Assembly (NCBI GenBank): GCA_947455025.1 | Contig: CANGLU010000001.1 | Location: 29,106 to 93,105, forward strand | Origin: Hyphomicrobiales bacterium | GTDB lineage: Bacteria; Pseudomonadota; Alphaproteobacteria; Rhizobiales; Beijerinckiaceae | Length of the DNA stretch: 64,000 nucleotides | Reading direction: 5' to 3' | In this document: piece by piece, positions 19,730 through 29,878 of the stretch | Numbering within the stretch: position 1 is the stretch's first letter | Layout of the letters: each line of letters opens with the position of its first letter | Translations under genes and position numbers: made by a program | The notes under the pieces: generated by a model | What the model saw: only the letters and a program-made list of their open reading frames with translations | The model's database searches: none | Told to the model about the DNA's origin: nothing

Positions 19730-22675
19730 ATGGCAAAGCTCGACGCGCTCTTTGATAAAGCGACCCCAAAGGGAGGACGGGATGGTCGGGTGATATCGAT
19801 AAGGGGTGCCCGCGAACATAATTTGAAGAATGTTGATCTAACGATCCCAAAGGACCGCTTGGTGGTTTTCACGGGCCTTTCCGGCTCAGGTAAATCGTCG
19901 CTGGCCTTTGATACGATTTATGCCGAAGGGCAGCGCCGTTATGTCGAGTCGCTTTCAGCCTATGCTCGGCAATTCCTTGAAATGATGCAGAAGCCGGATG
20001 TGGACCAGATTGAAGGTCTCTCGCCCGCCATCTCGATTGAGCAGAAAACAACGTCGAAAAATCCGCGCTCGACGGTCGCAACGGTAACCGAAATTTACGA
20101 TTATATGCGCCTTTTGTTTGCGCGCGCCGGCATTCCCTATTCGCCTGCCACGGGCTTGCCGATTGAGAGCCAAACCGTTCAGCAGATGGTAGACCGCATC
20201 TTGGCTCTGCCTGAAAAGACACGGCTTTTCCTTTTGGCGCCGGTTGTACGTGGAAGAAAGGGCGAATATCGCAAGGAGTTGGCTGAATTCCAGAAGCGTG
20301 GTTTCCAGCGGGTCAAAATTGACGGGAAATTCTACGAAATTCCGGAAGCCCCTGCTCTTGATAAAAAGCTGAAGCACGATATCGAAATCGTCGTCGATCG
20401 AATTGTGGTCCGCTCGGATATTGGAGCGCGGTTGGCCGAAAGCTTTGAAACCATTCTCGAATTGGCCGATGGCATCGCGGTTATTGAATTTGCGGATGAG
20501 AAAGAGGCTAAGGGTGAGGCGAAGCGTATAACGTTTTCGCAAAAATTCGCATGCCCCGTCTCCGGTTTTACGATCCCAGAAATCGAGCCACGCTTGTTTT
20601 CGTTCAATAATCCGTTTGGGGCCTGTCCCGCTTGCGATGGCTTGGGGCATGAAATGCGGGTTGATCCCGCGCTTGTCGTCCCCGATGAAACCCTCACCAT
20701 GAAAGGGGGTGCAATTGCACCCTGGGCTAAGTCATCGTCTCCTTATTATGGTCAAACCCTTCAGGCGCTGGGTAGCCATTTCGGATATAAAATGGCGCAA
20801 CGCTTTGCCGATCTGCCAGAAAAGGCCAAAAAGGCCGTTCTATTTGGCACAGGCGACGAAGCCGTTCAGTTTTCCTACGATGATGGTTCCCGCGCCTATA
20901 AGGTCAATAAGCCTTTCGAAGGCGTTGTTCCCAATCTGGAGCGGCGTTGGAAAGAGACAGATAGCGATTGGGCGCGCGAAGAAATTGGCCGTTATATGTC
21001 GGCAACGCCCTGCTCGACCTGCAAAGGGTTTCGTCTGAAACCTGAAGCTTTGGCGGTTAAACTCGATGGTTTGCACATTGCCAATGTGGCCGCCTTTTCG
21101 GTTCGTGATGCACATCATTGGTTCGGGACTCTACCCAAACAGATGACTGCTAAGCAAAATGAGATTGCCGGACGAATTTTAAAGGAAATCCGCGACCGTT
21201 TGACATTTTTGCTCGATGTTGGACTCGATTACCTGACTTTATCCCGTAATTCGGGAACGCTATCCGGAGGAGAGAGCCAACGTATCCGTCTCGCATCGCA
21301 GATCGGATCGGGTCTATCGGGAGTGCTTTATGTCCTCGATGAGCCGTCGATCGGACTGCATCAACGCGACAATGAACGCCTTTTGGGAACGTTGAAGCGG
21401 CTTCGCGACCTCGGAAACACGGTTATTGTCGTCGAGCATGATGAAGATGCCATTCTCGAGGCTGATTGGGTGGTCGATGTTGGCCCAGGCGCCGGTATTC
21501 ATGGTGGTCAAATTGTCTCGGAAGGGCAACCGAAGGATATTTTGGCCGATCCCAAATCGCTTACAGGCCGCTATTTGAAAGGCGAAATGGGCGTCAGCAT
21601 GCCTGAAAAGCGACGGAAGCCGCAAAAGGGCCGGATGCTGAAGCTCGTCGGTGCGAAGGGGAATAATCTCAAAGATGTCACCGCGGAAATTCCACTCGGT
21701 ACTTTTACCTGCATTACGGGTGTCTCCGGTGGCGGCAAGTCGACGCTTGTGATTGATACGCTCTACCGCGCCGTCGCGCGCCGCTTAAACGGTGCGTTTG
21801 AGCAGCCTGCCCCGTTTGACCGGATTGAGGGATTGGAACATCTCGATAAAGTCATCGACATTGACCAATCACCCATCGGGCGTACGCCGAGGTCTAATCC
21901 CGCCACCTATACTGGGGCATTTACGCCTATTCGCGAATGGTTTGCTGGTTTACCGGAAGCAAAAGCACGCGGCTATCAGCCGGGTCGCTTCTCGTTCAAC
22001 GTCAAGGGCGGTCGTTGCGAGGCTTGCCAAGGCGATGGTGTGATTAAGATCGAGATGCACTTTCTGCCGGATGTGTATGTCACTTGCGATGTTTGTAAGG
22101 GCAAACGCTATGATCGGGAGACGTTGGAGGTCAAATTCCGGGATAAATCTATCGCCGATGTGCTCGATATGACGGTTGAGGAAGCGGCCATTCTCTTTAA
22201 GGCGGTGCCGTCCATTCGCGAAAAAATGGAGACTTTGGCCCGAGTTGGGCTCGATTATGTGAAAGTTGGGCAGCAAGCGACCACTTTATCGGGGGGTGAG
22301 GCGCAGCGGGTTAAGCTTTCCAAGGAGTTGTCGCGTCGGGCGACTGGGCGGACGCTTTATATTCTGGACGAGCCAACGACCGGTCTGCATTTCCATGATG
22401 TGGCTAAATTATTGGAAGTTTTGCATGAATTAGTGGAACAAGGAAACACGGTTGTGGTGATCGAACACAATCTTGAAGTAATCAAAACGGCCGATTGGAT
22501 AATCGATATGGGTCCGGAAGGTGGCGATGGCGGCGGCGTCATCGTGGCCCAAGGAACACCCGAGGATGTCATCAAATCGGGCGCAGGCCATACGGCGCGA
22601 TTCTTGAAGGATGTGATGAAGCGTCGCCCTGCTGCAGTGCAAAAGAAAACCCGAAAGGGAATTGCGGCGGAATAG
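19730..22675 (+). CDS. uvrA: excinuclease ABC subunit A
   Basis: The 981-aa ORF has two ABC ATPase modules ([12 protein letters not shown] and [11 protein letters not shown]) and zinc-finger cysteines. Confidence 0.98.
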   Translation: MAKLDALFDKATPKGGRDGRVISIRGAREHNLKNVDLTIPKDRLVVFTGLSGSGKSSLAFDTIYAEGQRRYVESLSAYARQFLEMMQKPDVDQIEGLSPAISIEQKTTSKNPRSTVATVTEIYDYMRLLFARAGIPYSPATGLPIESQTVQQMVDRILALPEKTRLFLLAPVVRGRKGEYRKELAEFQKRGFQRVKIDGKFYEIPEAPALDKKLKHDIEIVVDRIVVRSDIGARLAESFETILELADGIAVIEFADEKEAKGEAKRITFSQKFACPVSGFTIPEIEPRLFSFNNPFGACPACDGLGHEMRVDPALVVPDETLTMKGGAIAPWAKSSSPYYGQTLQALGSHFGYKMAQRFADLPEKAKKAVLFGTGDEAVQFSYDDGSRAYKVNKPFEGVVPNLERRWKETDSDWAREEIGRYMSATPCSTCKGFRLKPEALAVKLDGLHIANVAAFSVRDAHHWFGTLPKQMTAKQNEIAGRILKEIRDRLTFLLDVGLDYLTLSRNSGTLSGGESQRIRLASQIGSGLSGVLYVLDEPSIGLHQRDNERLLGTLKRLRDLGNTVIVVEHDEDAILEADWVVDVGPGAGIHGGQIVSEGQPKDILADPKSLTGRYLKGEMGVSMPEKRRKPQKGRMLKLVGAKGNNLKDVTAEIPLGTFTCITGVSGGGKSTLVIDTLYRAVARRLNGAFEQPAPFDRIEGLEHLDKVIDIDQSPIGRTPRSNPATYTGAFTPIREWFAGLPEAKARGYQPGRFSFNVKGGRCEACQGDGVIKIEMHFLPDVYVTCDVCKGKRYDRETLEVKFRDKSIADVLDMTVEEAAILFKAVPSIREKMETLARVGLDYVKVGQQATTLSGGEAQRVKLSKELSRRATGRTLYILDEPTTGLHFHDVAKLLEVLHELVEQGNTVVVIEHNLEVIKTADWIIDMGPEGGDGGGVIVAQGTPEDVIKSGAGHTARFLKDVMKRRPAAVQKKTRKGIAAE

Positions 22676-22863
22676 TGGCAACTATGTGAAAATTGGATGA
22701 CATTAGTCCAATATTAACTTTGGTATGCGTTTATCGCATATCAGAGGCCTCACTCAGCCTCTGGCTAGAGTGCATTATCCATCTTATATGCAGTGCAACA
22801 AATTTGGTTGGACCTGATCGCGAGGCGGTCATCGAGCCAACTCTGATTGCAAAGGATAATGAC

Positions 22864-23022
22864 ATGCTGACGATTTCGACCTTGAAGAGCAATTTCCGCC
22901 GTTGGGCCCGCATCCGCAACACGATCCGCGAGCTTTCCTCGCTTAGCGATCGTGATCTTAACGATCTCGGCATTTCACGCAGCGATATCCGCTTCGTGGC
23001 CAAGCGTTCGGTTGCCCGCTAA
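22864..23022 (+). CDS. DUF1127 domain-containing small protein
   Basis: ORF 22693..23022 starts at a TTG, so I trimmed it to the ATG at 22864, which is preceded by AAGGA. The 52-aa product MLTISTLKSNFRRWARIRNTIRELSSLSDRDLNDLGISRSDIRFVAKR has the typical DUF1127 signature (RxTxxELxxLSDRxLxDxGxxRxDI). Confidence 0.8.
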   Translation: MLTISTLKSNFRRWARIRNTIRELSSLSDRDLNDLGISRSDIRFVAKRSVAR

Positions 23023-23122
23023 TCGCATAAAGGCTCAGCGGTTCTCCCTCCGTCTGAGCTTCTAGCGGGTACCATTTCCCCGCTACCATAAAACGCCCGC
23101 CCCCTCCCGGCGGGCGTTTTTG
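23023..23122 (+). ncRNA. candidate CcsR/alpha-r14 ('cuckoo') type sRNA in the DUF1127 3' region
   Basis: Three consecutive hairpins follow the stop codon. Hairpin 1: GCTCAG 23033-23038 pairs with CTGAGC 23054-23059, and the loop contains CTCCCTCC. Hairpin 2: AGCGGG 23064-23069 pairs with CCCGCT 23079-23084. Hairpin 3: the terminator CGCCCGCC 23094-23101 pairs with GGCGGGCG 23109-23116, with loop CCCTCCC, followed by TTTTTGTTT. Confidence 0.45.
23094..23122 (+). terminator. intrinsic terminator after the DUF1127 gene / sRNA candidate
   Basis: An 8-bp all-GC stem with a 7-nt loop is followed by T5-G-T3. Confidence 0.8.
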
Positions 23123-23173
23123 TTTGTCAAAGTGCCTTGCGGCCCGACAACGACGCGGCCTATGGTCCGGCGC

Positions 23174-24580
23174 ATGACGACATCAAAACCCATTCATATT
23201 ATCGGCGGCGGTTTAGCCGGATCAGAAGCCGCTTGGCAGCTCGCCCAAAGCGGCGTTCCCGTCATCCTTCACGAAATGCGGCCCGTTCGCAAAACGGATG
23301 CCCATAAAACGGAAGGATTGGCCGAGCTCGTCTGCTCCAATTCGTTCCGCTCCGATGAAGCCTCCACCAATGCGGTCGGATTGCTCCATGCCGAGATGCG
23401 CAAACTCGGCTCGCTGATCATGCGTTCGGCCGATGCCAATCAGGTCCCAGCCGGCGGCGCATTGGCGGTTGATCGCGATGGTTTTTCGCAAACGGTAACG
23501 GAAGCACTGGAATCGCATCCGTTGATTACGATCGAGCGCGAAGAAGTCTCGGGTCTGCCGCCGGAGGAATGGGGACGCGTCATTATCGCGACTGGTCCGC
23601 TCACCTCGCCTGCGCTCGCCGAAGCGGTCCGCGGCGTGACGGGTGAAACCCAACTCGCCTTTTTTGATGCGATTGCGCCGATTGTGCACGCTGAAACCAT
23701 CGATATGGACATCGCATGGTTCCAAAGCCGCTATGACAAAGTTGGTCCGGGCGGAAACGGGGCCGATTATATCAATTGCCCGATGGACCGAGCTGAATAC
23801 GACGCCTTTGTCGATGCGTTGATCGGTGGCGAAAAGACTGATTTTAAAGAATGGGAAGGAACGCCCTATTTTGACGGCTGTTTGCCGATTGAAATCATGG
23901 CGGAACGCGGTCGCGAGACCTTGCGCCATGGCCCGATGAAGCCTGTGGGCCTGACCAATCCGAGAAACCCCACGGTTAAACCTTATGCGATTGTTCAACT
24001 TAGGCAGGATAACGCGTTGGGAACGCTCTATAATATTGTAGGCTTCCAGACGAAATTGAAATATGGCGATCAAGCCAAAATATTGCGGATGATCCCGGGC
24101 CTACAAAATGCCGAATTCGCTCGGCTTGGCGGGTTGCATCGCAACACCTATCTCAATTCGCCGCGTCTGCTTGACCCAACGCTGCAACTTGGCGCCCTGC
24201 CAAGGCTTCGCTTTGCCGGACAAATTACAGGTTGCGAAGGCTATGTTGAAAGCGCGGCCATCGGATTAGCGGCCGGACGATTCACGGCGAGCGAAGCGAT
24301 GGGCCATCAGCTTGCGCCTTTTCCGCCGACAACAGCGCTTGGCGCGTTGATCAACCATATTACCGGCGGTCATATCGAGACGATTGATGCGGGTCCGCCA
24401 TCCTTCCAACCCATGAATGTCAATTTTGGTCTGTTTCCGCCGATTGCCTTTGATAAAAACGATGCAAACGGCAAACGCCTCAAAGGCACCGAAAAATCAT
24501 TTGCTCGTAAAAGGGCGCTTACCGCGCGGGCCGCGATTGATATCGATGATTGGATCAAAAGCGCTGCGATAAAACCTTAA
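23174..24580 (+). CDS. trmFO: methylenetetrahydrofolate-tRNA-(uracil-5-)-methyltransferase
   Basis: ORF 23120..24580 trimmed to the ATG at 23174, because the longer form would overlap the upstream terminator. The product begins [25 protein letters not shown] and resembles Gid/TrmFO throughout. Confidence 0.93.
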   Translation: MTTSKPIHIIGGGLAGSEAAWQLAQSGVPVILHEMRPVRKTDAHKTEGLAELVCSNSFRSDEASTNAVGLLHAEMRKLGSLIMRSADANQVPAGGALAVDRDGFSQTVTEALESHPLITIEREEVSGLPPEEWGRVIIATGPLTSPALAEAVRGVTGETQLAFFDAIAPIVHAETIDMDIAWFQSRYDKVGPGGNGADYINCPMDRAEYDAFVDALIGGEKTDFKEWEGTPYFDGCLPIEIMAERGRETLRHGPMKPVGLTNPRNPTVKPYAIVQLRQDNALGTLYNIVGFQTKLKYGDQAKILRMIPGLQNAEFARLGGLHRNTYLNSPRLLDPTLQLGALPRLRFAGQITGCEGYVESAAIGLAAGRFTASEAMGHQLAPFPPTTALGALINHITGGHIETIDAGPPSFQPMNVNFGLFPPIAFDKNDANGKRLKGTEKSFARKRALTARAAIDIDDWIKSAAIKP

Positions 24581-25428
24581 AGTCGTTTTTGGCGCGCGGC
24601 CTGCCAATAGCGGAAGATAAGGCCGAGGCGCGATGGCTCAATGACGCTTGTGAAGGGGGCATAATGCCGCTTATCCATGGCGCGCAATGCGGGCTCAATG
24701 CTCGTTAGCGCAAGAAAAGCTTGAAATAAATCATCCGGTAGCCGTTTTAGTTCGGCCCTTGCACGGCTTAAATGATCCCGCGCATGGGTGCGCATCTCAC
24801 GCAATACGGCTTCAATAGACGGCGATAATTGCCGTTTGAAAACATCTTCCGATGATACGCCGTGCTTCCTTAGAACATCCTGGGGAAGATAAAGCTGCCC
24901 CCGCGCGGCGTGCCAGGGGAGAGCTTTCAAGAGCGCCGTTGCTCCAAAAGCAACGCCAGCATGGCCACATAAATCAGCGGATGAATGAGACCGGCCATCC
25001 GATAGAATGAGCAGCGAGAGCTGAAAGAGCGCAGACGATGTCTCACCGCAATAGGCTTCCAGATCGTGAAGGCTCGGCATCGGATCGTCATAAAGATCGA
25101 ACACGCGCGCATCGATCAAATTGATTAGCGCTCCGATGGGAAGATGATATTCAGCAATTGCTTTTAAAAGCGGTCCGGCGATGGGATGGGCTGAAGCATC
25201 GCCCTCGCCTATGCCATTTAACGCATCCCGCCACCATTGCAGGCGAATTTCACCGATCATGGGATCGGACACAATTTCGCGCGTTCGAACAATATCGAGG
25301 TTAAACGCGTAAAGCGCCGCCAATGCCGCGCGGTATTTCTCTGGTGCGAACACGCACGTAAAATAGCGCTCAGGATCCGCCTGTTTCAACGCATGAAGGC
25401 AATAGGTATCGTCCGATGCTGCCTTCAT
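24577..25428 (-). CDS. squalene/phytoene synthase family protein (NDUFAF6-like)
   Basis: The 283-aa ORF contains [32 protein letters not shown], typical of the non-carotenogenic alphaproteobacterial subgroup of this family. Confidence 0.75.
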   Translation of the reverse strand: MKAASDDTYCLHALKQADPERYFTCVFAPEKYRAALAALYAFNLDIVRTREIVSDPMIGEIRLQWWRDALNGIGEGDASAHPIAGPLLKAIAEYHLPIGALINLIDARVFDLYDDPMPSLHDLEAYCGETSSALFQLSLLILSDGRSHSSADLCGHAGVAFGATALLKALPWHAARGQLYLPQDVLRKHGVSSEDVFKRQLSPSIEAVLREMRTHARDHLSRARAELKRLPDDLFQAFLALTSIEPALRAMDKRHYAPFTSVIEPSRLGLIFRYWQAARQKRL

Positions 25429-25431
25429 GGT

Positions 25432-25815
25432 TTAATCAATCGCAATCAAAGCGGCGGCTACCCTTCGGCCTTCATTCATCAAGACATTATAGGTGCGCGC
25501 AGCAGCGGTCGTTGTCATTGGATCAACGCCAATCTTTAATTCCTTAAACCGCCAGCGGATCGCTTCATCAAGATAAGCGGGATTAATGCCTGTTCCGATG
25601 AGCACGAGATCGATATCTTTTGCTTCTTTAAACAAGGCATCAAACGAGGATGCGGTTAAGTCCTGAGCCGACTGAACAGACCACGCATAAATGCCCGTTG
25701 GTAATATCAGAATAGAGCCTCGATGCGACATGTCGGCAAAGCGAAATCCGCCATTGCCGACAGCATCTAAGATATGCCGTCCTGGAACAAAGCCCTCATA
25801 ACGGGCCTCGCTCAT
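25432..25815 (-). CDS. Mth938-like / DUF498 protein (NDUFAF3 homologue)
   Basis: The 127-aa ORF contains ...GSILILPTGIYAW...DLVLIGTG...TAAARTYNVLMNEGRRVAAALIAI. Its ATG overlaps the secF stop (ATGA). Confidence 0.75.
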   Translation of the reverse strand: MSEARYEGFVPGRHILDAVGNGGFRFADMSHRGSILILPTGIYAWSVQSAQDLTASSFDALFKEAKDIDLVLIGTGINPAYLDEAIRWRFKELKIGVDPMTTTAAARTYNVLMNEGRRVAAALIAID

Positions 25816-26762
25816 TTCGCCTTCGGGGCGGTTTCGTCGGCTGGTAATTCTGTTTCGTTCGCTTCAGCCGCAATACGGGCACCGAGATAAATCAATACGG
25901 GTGCTGCAATGAAGATCGACGAATAGGTTCCAATAACGACACCAAAAATCATCGCATAAGAGAAGCTCTTGATCACCGAACCGCCAAAGAAAACCAAGGC
26001 CAACAACGCGAGCGACGTCGTCATCGATGTCATGACCGTACGCGACAAGGTCGTGTTGATGGAGAGATCCAATAATTCCGCAATCGGCATGCGCTTATAT
26101 TTGCGCAGCAATTCGCGAATACGGTCAAACACCACGACCGTATCGTTCAGCGAATAGCCCACGATCGTCAAAATGGCGGCAATCGACGTCATGTTAAATT
26201 CAATCTGCGTGATGGCGAAAAAGCCCATCGTCAGAACCAGATCGTGCAGCGTTGCGATCACGGCGCCAACGGCAAACTGCCATTCAAAGCGGAACCACAA
26301 ATAGACGAGAACGACCAAGATCGACAGAACAACGCCTAAAATGCCGGACTGAACCAGTTCACCCGAAACGCGCGGACCGACCACTTCGACCCGACGAAAT
26401 TCATAATCCGTACCAAACACCGAACGGACATGTTCGACAACGGCTTGTTGCCCCTTATCGCCGCCCGGTTGCAAGCCGAAGCGCAAAGAAACTTCGCCTT
26501 GATTGCCAAATTCTTGAACTTCAACATCACCCAAATTAAGCGAGGCGGTTGTGGAGCGAACTTTAGCAATATCGGCGTGACTGGAAATCGCCTTCATCTC
26601 GATCAGGGTGCCACCGGTAAAATCGATACCGAAATTCAAACCGATCCATAGGAACGCAACGACGGACACAACGGACAGCAATGCCGAGACCGGAAAGCTG
26701 ATGTTCCGGAAATTCATGAAGCCGAATTTGGTATCGTCGGGAATAATTCTGAGAAGTTTCAT
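25812..26762 (-). CDS. secF: protein translocase subunit SecF
   Basis: The 316-aa ORF has SecF membrane topology and motifs (GIDFTGGTL...SLNDTVVVFDRIRE). Confidence 0.96.
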   Translation of the reverse strand: MKLLRIIPDDTKFGFMNFRNISFPVSALLSVVSVVAFLWIGLNFGIDFTGGTLIEMKAISSHADIAKVRSTTASLNLGDVEVQEFGNQGEVSLRFGLQPGGDKGQQAVVEHVRSVFGTDYEFRRVEVVGPRVSGELVQSGILGVVLSILVVLVYLWFRFEWQFAVGAVIATLHDLVLTMGFFAITQIEFNMTSIAAILTIVGYSLNDTVVVFDRIRELLRKYKRMPIAELLDLSINTTLSRTVMTSMTTSLALLALVFFGGSVIKSFSYAMIFGVVIGTYSSIFIAAPVLIYLGARIAAEANETELPADETAPKAK

Positions 26763-26775
26763 AATCGCATTCTCC

Positions 26776-28392
26776 TCAGAACGGCATTTTTTGTGGACGT
26801 GAGCGCGTATACCAAAGCGCGATCATCATCCGTGTCATTGTCACCGCGGTGACAACTGTTGTTACGATGCCAAAGACCATCGTTACGGCAAAACCGCGCA
26901 CCGGACCCGATCCTAAGAAAAACAGGATGGCTGCGGCAATAAACATGGTCACGTTCGAATCGATAATTGTCGCGAAAGCACGCGTAAATCCGGCATCCAA
27001 AGACGCCACAAGGCTTCGTCCCTGGCGGGCCTCTTCACGGATACGTTCATAAATCAGCACGTTGGAGTCGACCGCGGTTCCGATGGTTAGAACAATCCCT
27101 GCAATACCCGGCAAAGTGAGCGTGGTTCCAATCAGCGACATCATCGCGAAGATCAGCACAACGTGAATAACGAGGGCGATATTGGCAAAGAAGCCAAACA
27201 GACCATAGGTCACAAACATGAAGCCGACGACCAAAACAGCGGCTACATAGGAGGCAATTTTTCCGGCATTAATCGAATCTTGTCCAAGACCCGGGCCAAC
27301 GGTCCGTTCTTCGACAATCGTTAATGGTGCGGGCAAGGCGCCGGCACGAAGCAAAATGGCGAGATTATTGGCGGCTTCAACCGTAAAGCGGCCGGAAATC
27401 TGACCCTGTCCACCTGTGATCGGCGATTGAATACGCGGCGCCGAAATCACCTTGCGATCGAGCACAATCGCCAAGGAACGACCGACCGATTCCGTCGTTG
27501 CCTGCCCAAAGCGTTGAGCGCCTCGGATATTGAATTTGAAATTGACGATTGGCTCAGAGTTACGGCTATCAAACCCCGGTTGAGCGTCGATCAGATCTTC
27601 ACCCTGGACAATGACCCGCTTATCGATAGGCAATTGCGCCGAGCCTTCTTCAACCTGCGGCAACATTTCGACATCCGCAGATGCTGCGCCCGAGTCAGCC
27701 ACCATGCGGAACTCAAGCTGAGCGGTTGTGCCCAAAATATCTTTTAGGCGTTTAGGGTCTTGTAGACCGGGCACTTGAACGAGAATGCGATCAACGCCTT
27801 GGCGTTGAATGTTGGGCTCTGTTGTACCCAACGCATCGATACGGCGGCGTAACACTTCGATAGCCTGATCAATGGCTTTTCGAACTTTCTCCGTAATGCC
27901 TTCATCTGTTACCGTCAGCGTGATGAGGCCGTCCGGCTGCTCGGAAAATTCAATGAGCGCTGGCGATGCGCCGCGCATCAAATTGACCGCAGGCCCCGAG
28001 CTCGCAAGCTCCTTCAATTTAGGCGATACACGTGCGCGTTCATTGGCGTCCGCAATTCTAACGGTTACACCGCGCGGCAAAACGGCAATGCCGCCCGCAA
28101 GCGCAACTTTTTCATCCCGAAGAACGCGCCGCATATCGTCGCGCAACGTATTGATCTGCGTTTTGACGACCGCTCCGCTATCAACTTCGAGCAACACATG
28201 GGATCCACCTTGAAGATCAAGGCCGAGCACGATGGCCTGGCTTGGAATCATCCAGCCCGGAATAAATCCGGGCGCATTGGCGCGGATCGAGCCCCGTGTC
28301 TCAGGAGACATCAGGCTCGGGGCCGCGAAATAAAAGCCCGCGAAGGCTAGAAGCAGAATAGCGGCAATTTTGCCGCGGGAATAACGAAGCAT
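26776..28392 (-). CDS. secD: protein translocase subunit SecD
   Basis: The 538-aa ORF contains LGLDLQGGSHVLLEVD...LTLPGIAGIVLTIGTAVDSNVLIYERIREE. Confidence 0.96.
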   Translation of the reverse strand: MLRYSRGKIAAILLLAFAGFYFAAPSLMSPETRGSIRANAPGFIPGWMIPSQAIVLGLDLQGGSHVLLEVDSGAVVKTQINTLRDDMRRVLRDEKVALAGGIAVLPRGVTVRIADANERARVSPKLKELASSGPAVNLMRGASPALIEFSEQPDGLITLTVTDEGITEKVRKAIDQAIEVLRRRIDALGTTEPNIQRQGVDRILVQVPGLQDPKRLKDILGTTAQLEFRMVADSGAASADVEMLPQVEEGSAQLPIDKRVIVQGEDLIDAQPGFDSRNSEPIVNFKFNIRGAQRFGQATTESVGRSLAIVLDRKVISAPRIQSPITGGQGQISGRFTVEAANNLAILLRAGALPAPLTIVEERTVGPGLGQDSINAGKIASYVAAVLVVGFMFVTYGLFGFFANIALVIHVVLIFAMMSLIGTTLTLPGIAGIVLTIGTAVDSNVLIYERIREEARQGRSLVASLDAGFTRAFATIIDSNVTMFIAAAILFFLGSGPVRGFAVTMVFGIVTTVVTAVTMTRMMIALWYTRSRPQKMPF

Positions 28393-28419
28393 GGGTCGGT
28401 TCGCTCTATCCGGGACCGG

Positions 28420-28746
28420 TCAGGACTTGACCGGTTCACCTTTGCTGCGGACGTCGGCGATGGCAGAGCGCGATACCCGCACCCGGACATTGTCGGCAAT
28501 TTCCAGTTCCAATTCATTGTCGTCGGTTACTTTGACGACCTTACCGATCAAGCCACCGCTCATCACGATTTGATCGCCGCGACGGACATTTTTGATCATT
28601 TCCTGATGATCCTTCTGGCGCTTTTGCTGCGGCCGGATCATCAAAAAATACATAATGATAAAAATGAGAATAAACGGAACGATCTGGATCAGCATATCCG
28701 AACCCCCAAGGGCGGATGCACTTTGCGCATAGGCGGGCGTAATCAC
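28420..28746 (-). CDS. yajC: preprotein translocase subunit YajC
   Basis: The 108-aa ORF has a GTG start preceded by GGAGG. It contains ...IVPFILIFIIMYFLMIRPQQKRQK...GDQIVMSGGLIGKV. Confidence 0.93.
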   Translation of the reverse strand: MITPAYAQSASALGGSDMLIQIVPFILIFIIMYFLMIRPQQKRQKDHQEMIKNVRRGDQIVMSGGLIGKVVKVTDDNELELEIADNVRVRVSRSAIADVRSKGEPVKS

Positions 28747-28944
28747 GTCAGAAACCTCCGGTCAAATCTATGGCACGGGAAACCTCGATAAGACGAAAGT
28801 TCCCCATATCGTCGGCCGGGACTATAGCCAGACAGCCACGGATTGCAAATCAAAGCGCGCCAAACGGGGCAATTTAACGCTTATGGACGCGGTCTCGTTT
28901 CGCCATTAAGAAAAAGACGTACCCTGAAACGAGTTATTGGCCCA

Positions 28945-29835
28945 ATGTCATCTGAACCCTTTACCCTACCAGACGCCCTCACCTCCGATCTTAAGCGAAT
29001 CGCCGATGCGCTTGAGCGTCTGGCCCCCCAAGCTCGCCCCTATACCAATCTGGCGATGGCGGATGCCTTTGTTTGGCATGCCGATGGGGGCTGGCTTTCC
29101 CCAGTCACCCGCGTCAACCGTGTCGAGATGGGGTTGTTAAAGGGAATTGATCGCGTTCGTGACCAGTTGAATGACAATACCGAACGCTTCGCCCGGGGAC
29201 TTCCGGCGAACAATGCGCTGTTATGGGGCGCGCGCGGCATGGGTAAATCATCCCTCGTTAAAGCGGCCCATGCGTCGGCTCTGGCCAAGCTTCATGGCGT
29301 TGCGGGGGTAAAGCCTTTGAAACTGGTTGAGATCCATCGCGAAGACATTGAGAGCCTGCCGGCTTTGATGGCGATTATGCGCGATGCCGACTGTCGTTTC
29401 ATCGTTTTTTGCGATGATCTATCGTTTGACGCGAATGACACATCCTACAAATCGCTCAAGGCCGTTCTTGAAGGCGGGATCGAAGGCCGGCCGGATAATG
29501 TGATCTTTTATGCGACCTCCAATCGTCGCCATCTTTTGCCGCGCGACATGATGGACAATGAGCGCGGTACTGCCATTAATCCCGGCGAAGCGATTGAGGA
29601 GAAAGTGTCCTTGTCGGACCGCTTCGGTCTCTGGCTCGGCTTTCACAAATGCAGCCAGGACGAATATCTCGAAATGGTCCGCGCCTATGCGCAGCATTAC
29701 GGCATTAAAACCGATCTCGCACAGCTCGAGCATGAGAGTTTGGAATGGGCCACCACGCGCGGCTCACGCTCCGGGCGTACAGCGTTCCAATATATTCAGG
29801 ACTTGGCCGGAAGGCTCGGGGTTCTTCTAAGCTAA
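28945..29835 (+). CDS. DUF815 AAA-type ATPase
   Basis: ORF 28843..29835 starts at a TTG, so I trimmed it to the ATG at 28945. It has a Walker A motif (LLWGARGMGKSSLVKA) and a Walker B-like motif (FIVFCDDLSF). Confidence 0.8.
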   Translation: MSSEPFTLPDALTSDLKRIADALERLAPQARPYTNLAMADAFVWHADGGWLSPVTRVNRVEMGLLKGIDRVRDQLNDNTERFARGLPANNALLWGARGMGKSSLVKAAHASALAKLHGVAGVKPLKLVEIHREDIESLPALMAIMRDADCRFIVFCDDLSFDANDTSYKSLKAVLEGGIEGRPDNVIFYATSNRRHLLPRDMMDNERGTAINPGEAIEEKVSLSDRFGLWLGFHKCSQDEYLEMVRAYAQHYGIKTDLAQLEHESLEWATTRGSRSGRTAFQYIQDLAGRLGVLLS

Positions 29836-29836
29836 C

Positions 29837-29865
29837 AAAAAAGGCGGCTAAAAGGCCGCCTTTTT
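29837..29865. terminator. bidirectional intrinsic terminator between the DUF815 gene and the nlpD-like gene
   Basis: The sequence is AAAAAAGGCGGC-taaaag-GCCGCCTTTTT. The stem is 29843-29848 with 29855-29860, flanked by A6 and T5. Confidence 0.8.
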
Positions 29866-29878
29866 CAAAATACTCAAC

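Noticed and set aside
22693-22863. An N-terminal extension of the DUF1127 ORF, giving 109 aa from a TTG. Similar over-long ORF-track starts occur at 420 (ubiH-like), 19545 (ssb), 23120 (trmFO), 28843 (DUF815), 32660 (surE), 50154 (aspS), 55332 (ppk1) and 58427 (ndk).
   Set aside because: The extensions lack homology to the respective families. They often begin at TTG without an RBS, and some overlap terminators or upstream genes. Internal ATGs with good Shine-Dalgarno sequences give canonical N-termini.
23222-24073. A 283-aa minus-strand ORF inside trmFO. Similar long antisense or out-of-frame ORFs occur at 19955..20650 (uvrA), 34304..35038 (tatC/tatB), 57265..57819 (purM), 11122..11697 (tgt/queA) and 46911..47486 (maeB).
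   Set aside because: Each is fully nested in a strongly supported conserved gene. Their composition is Arg/Gly/Ala-rich, as expected for non-coding frames in moderately GC-rich DNA. None has a recognisable family. I treat them as frame artefacts.
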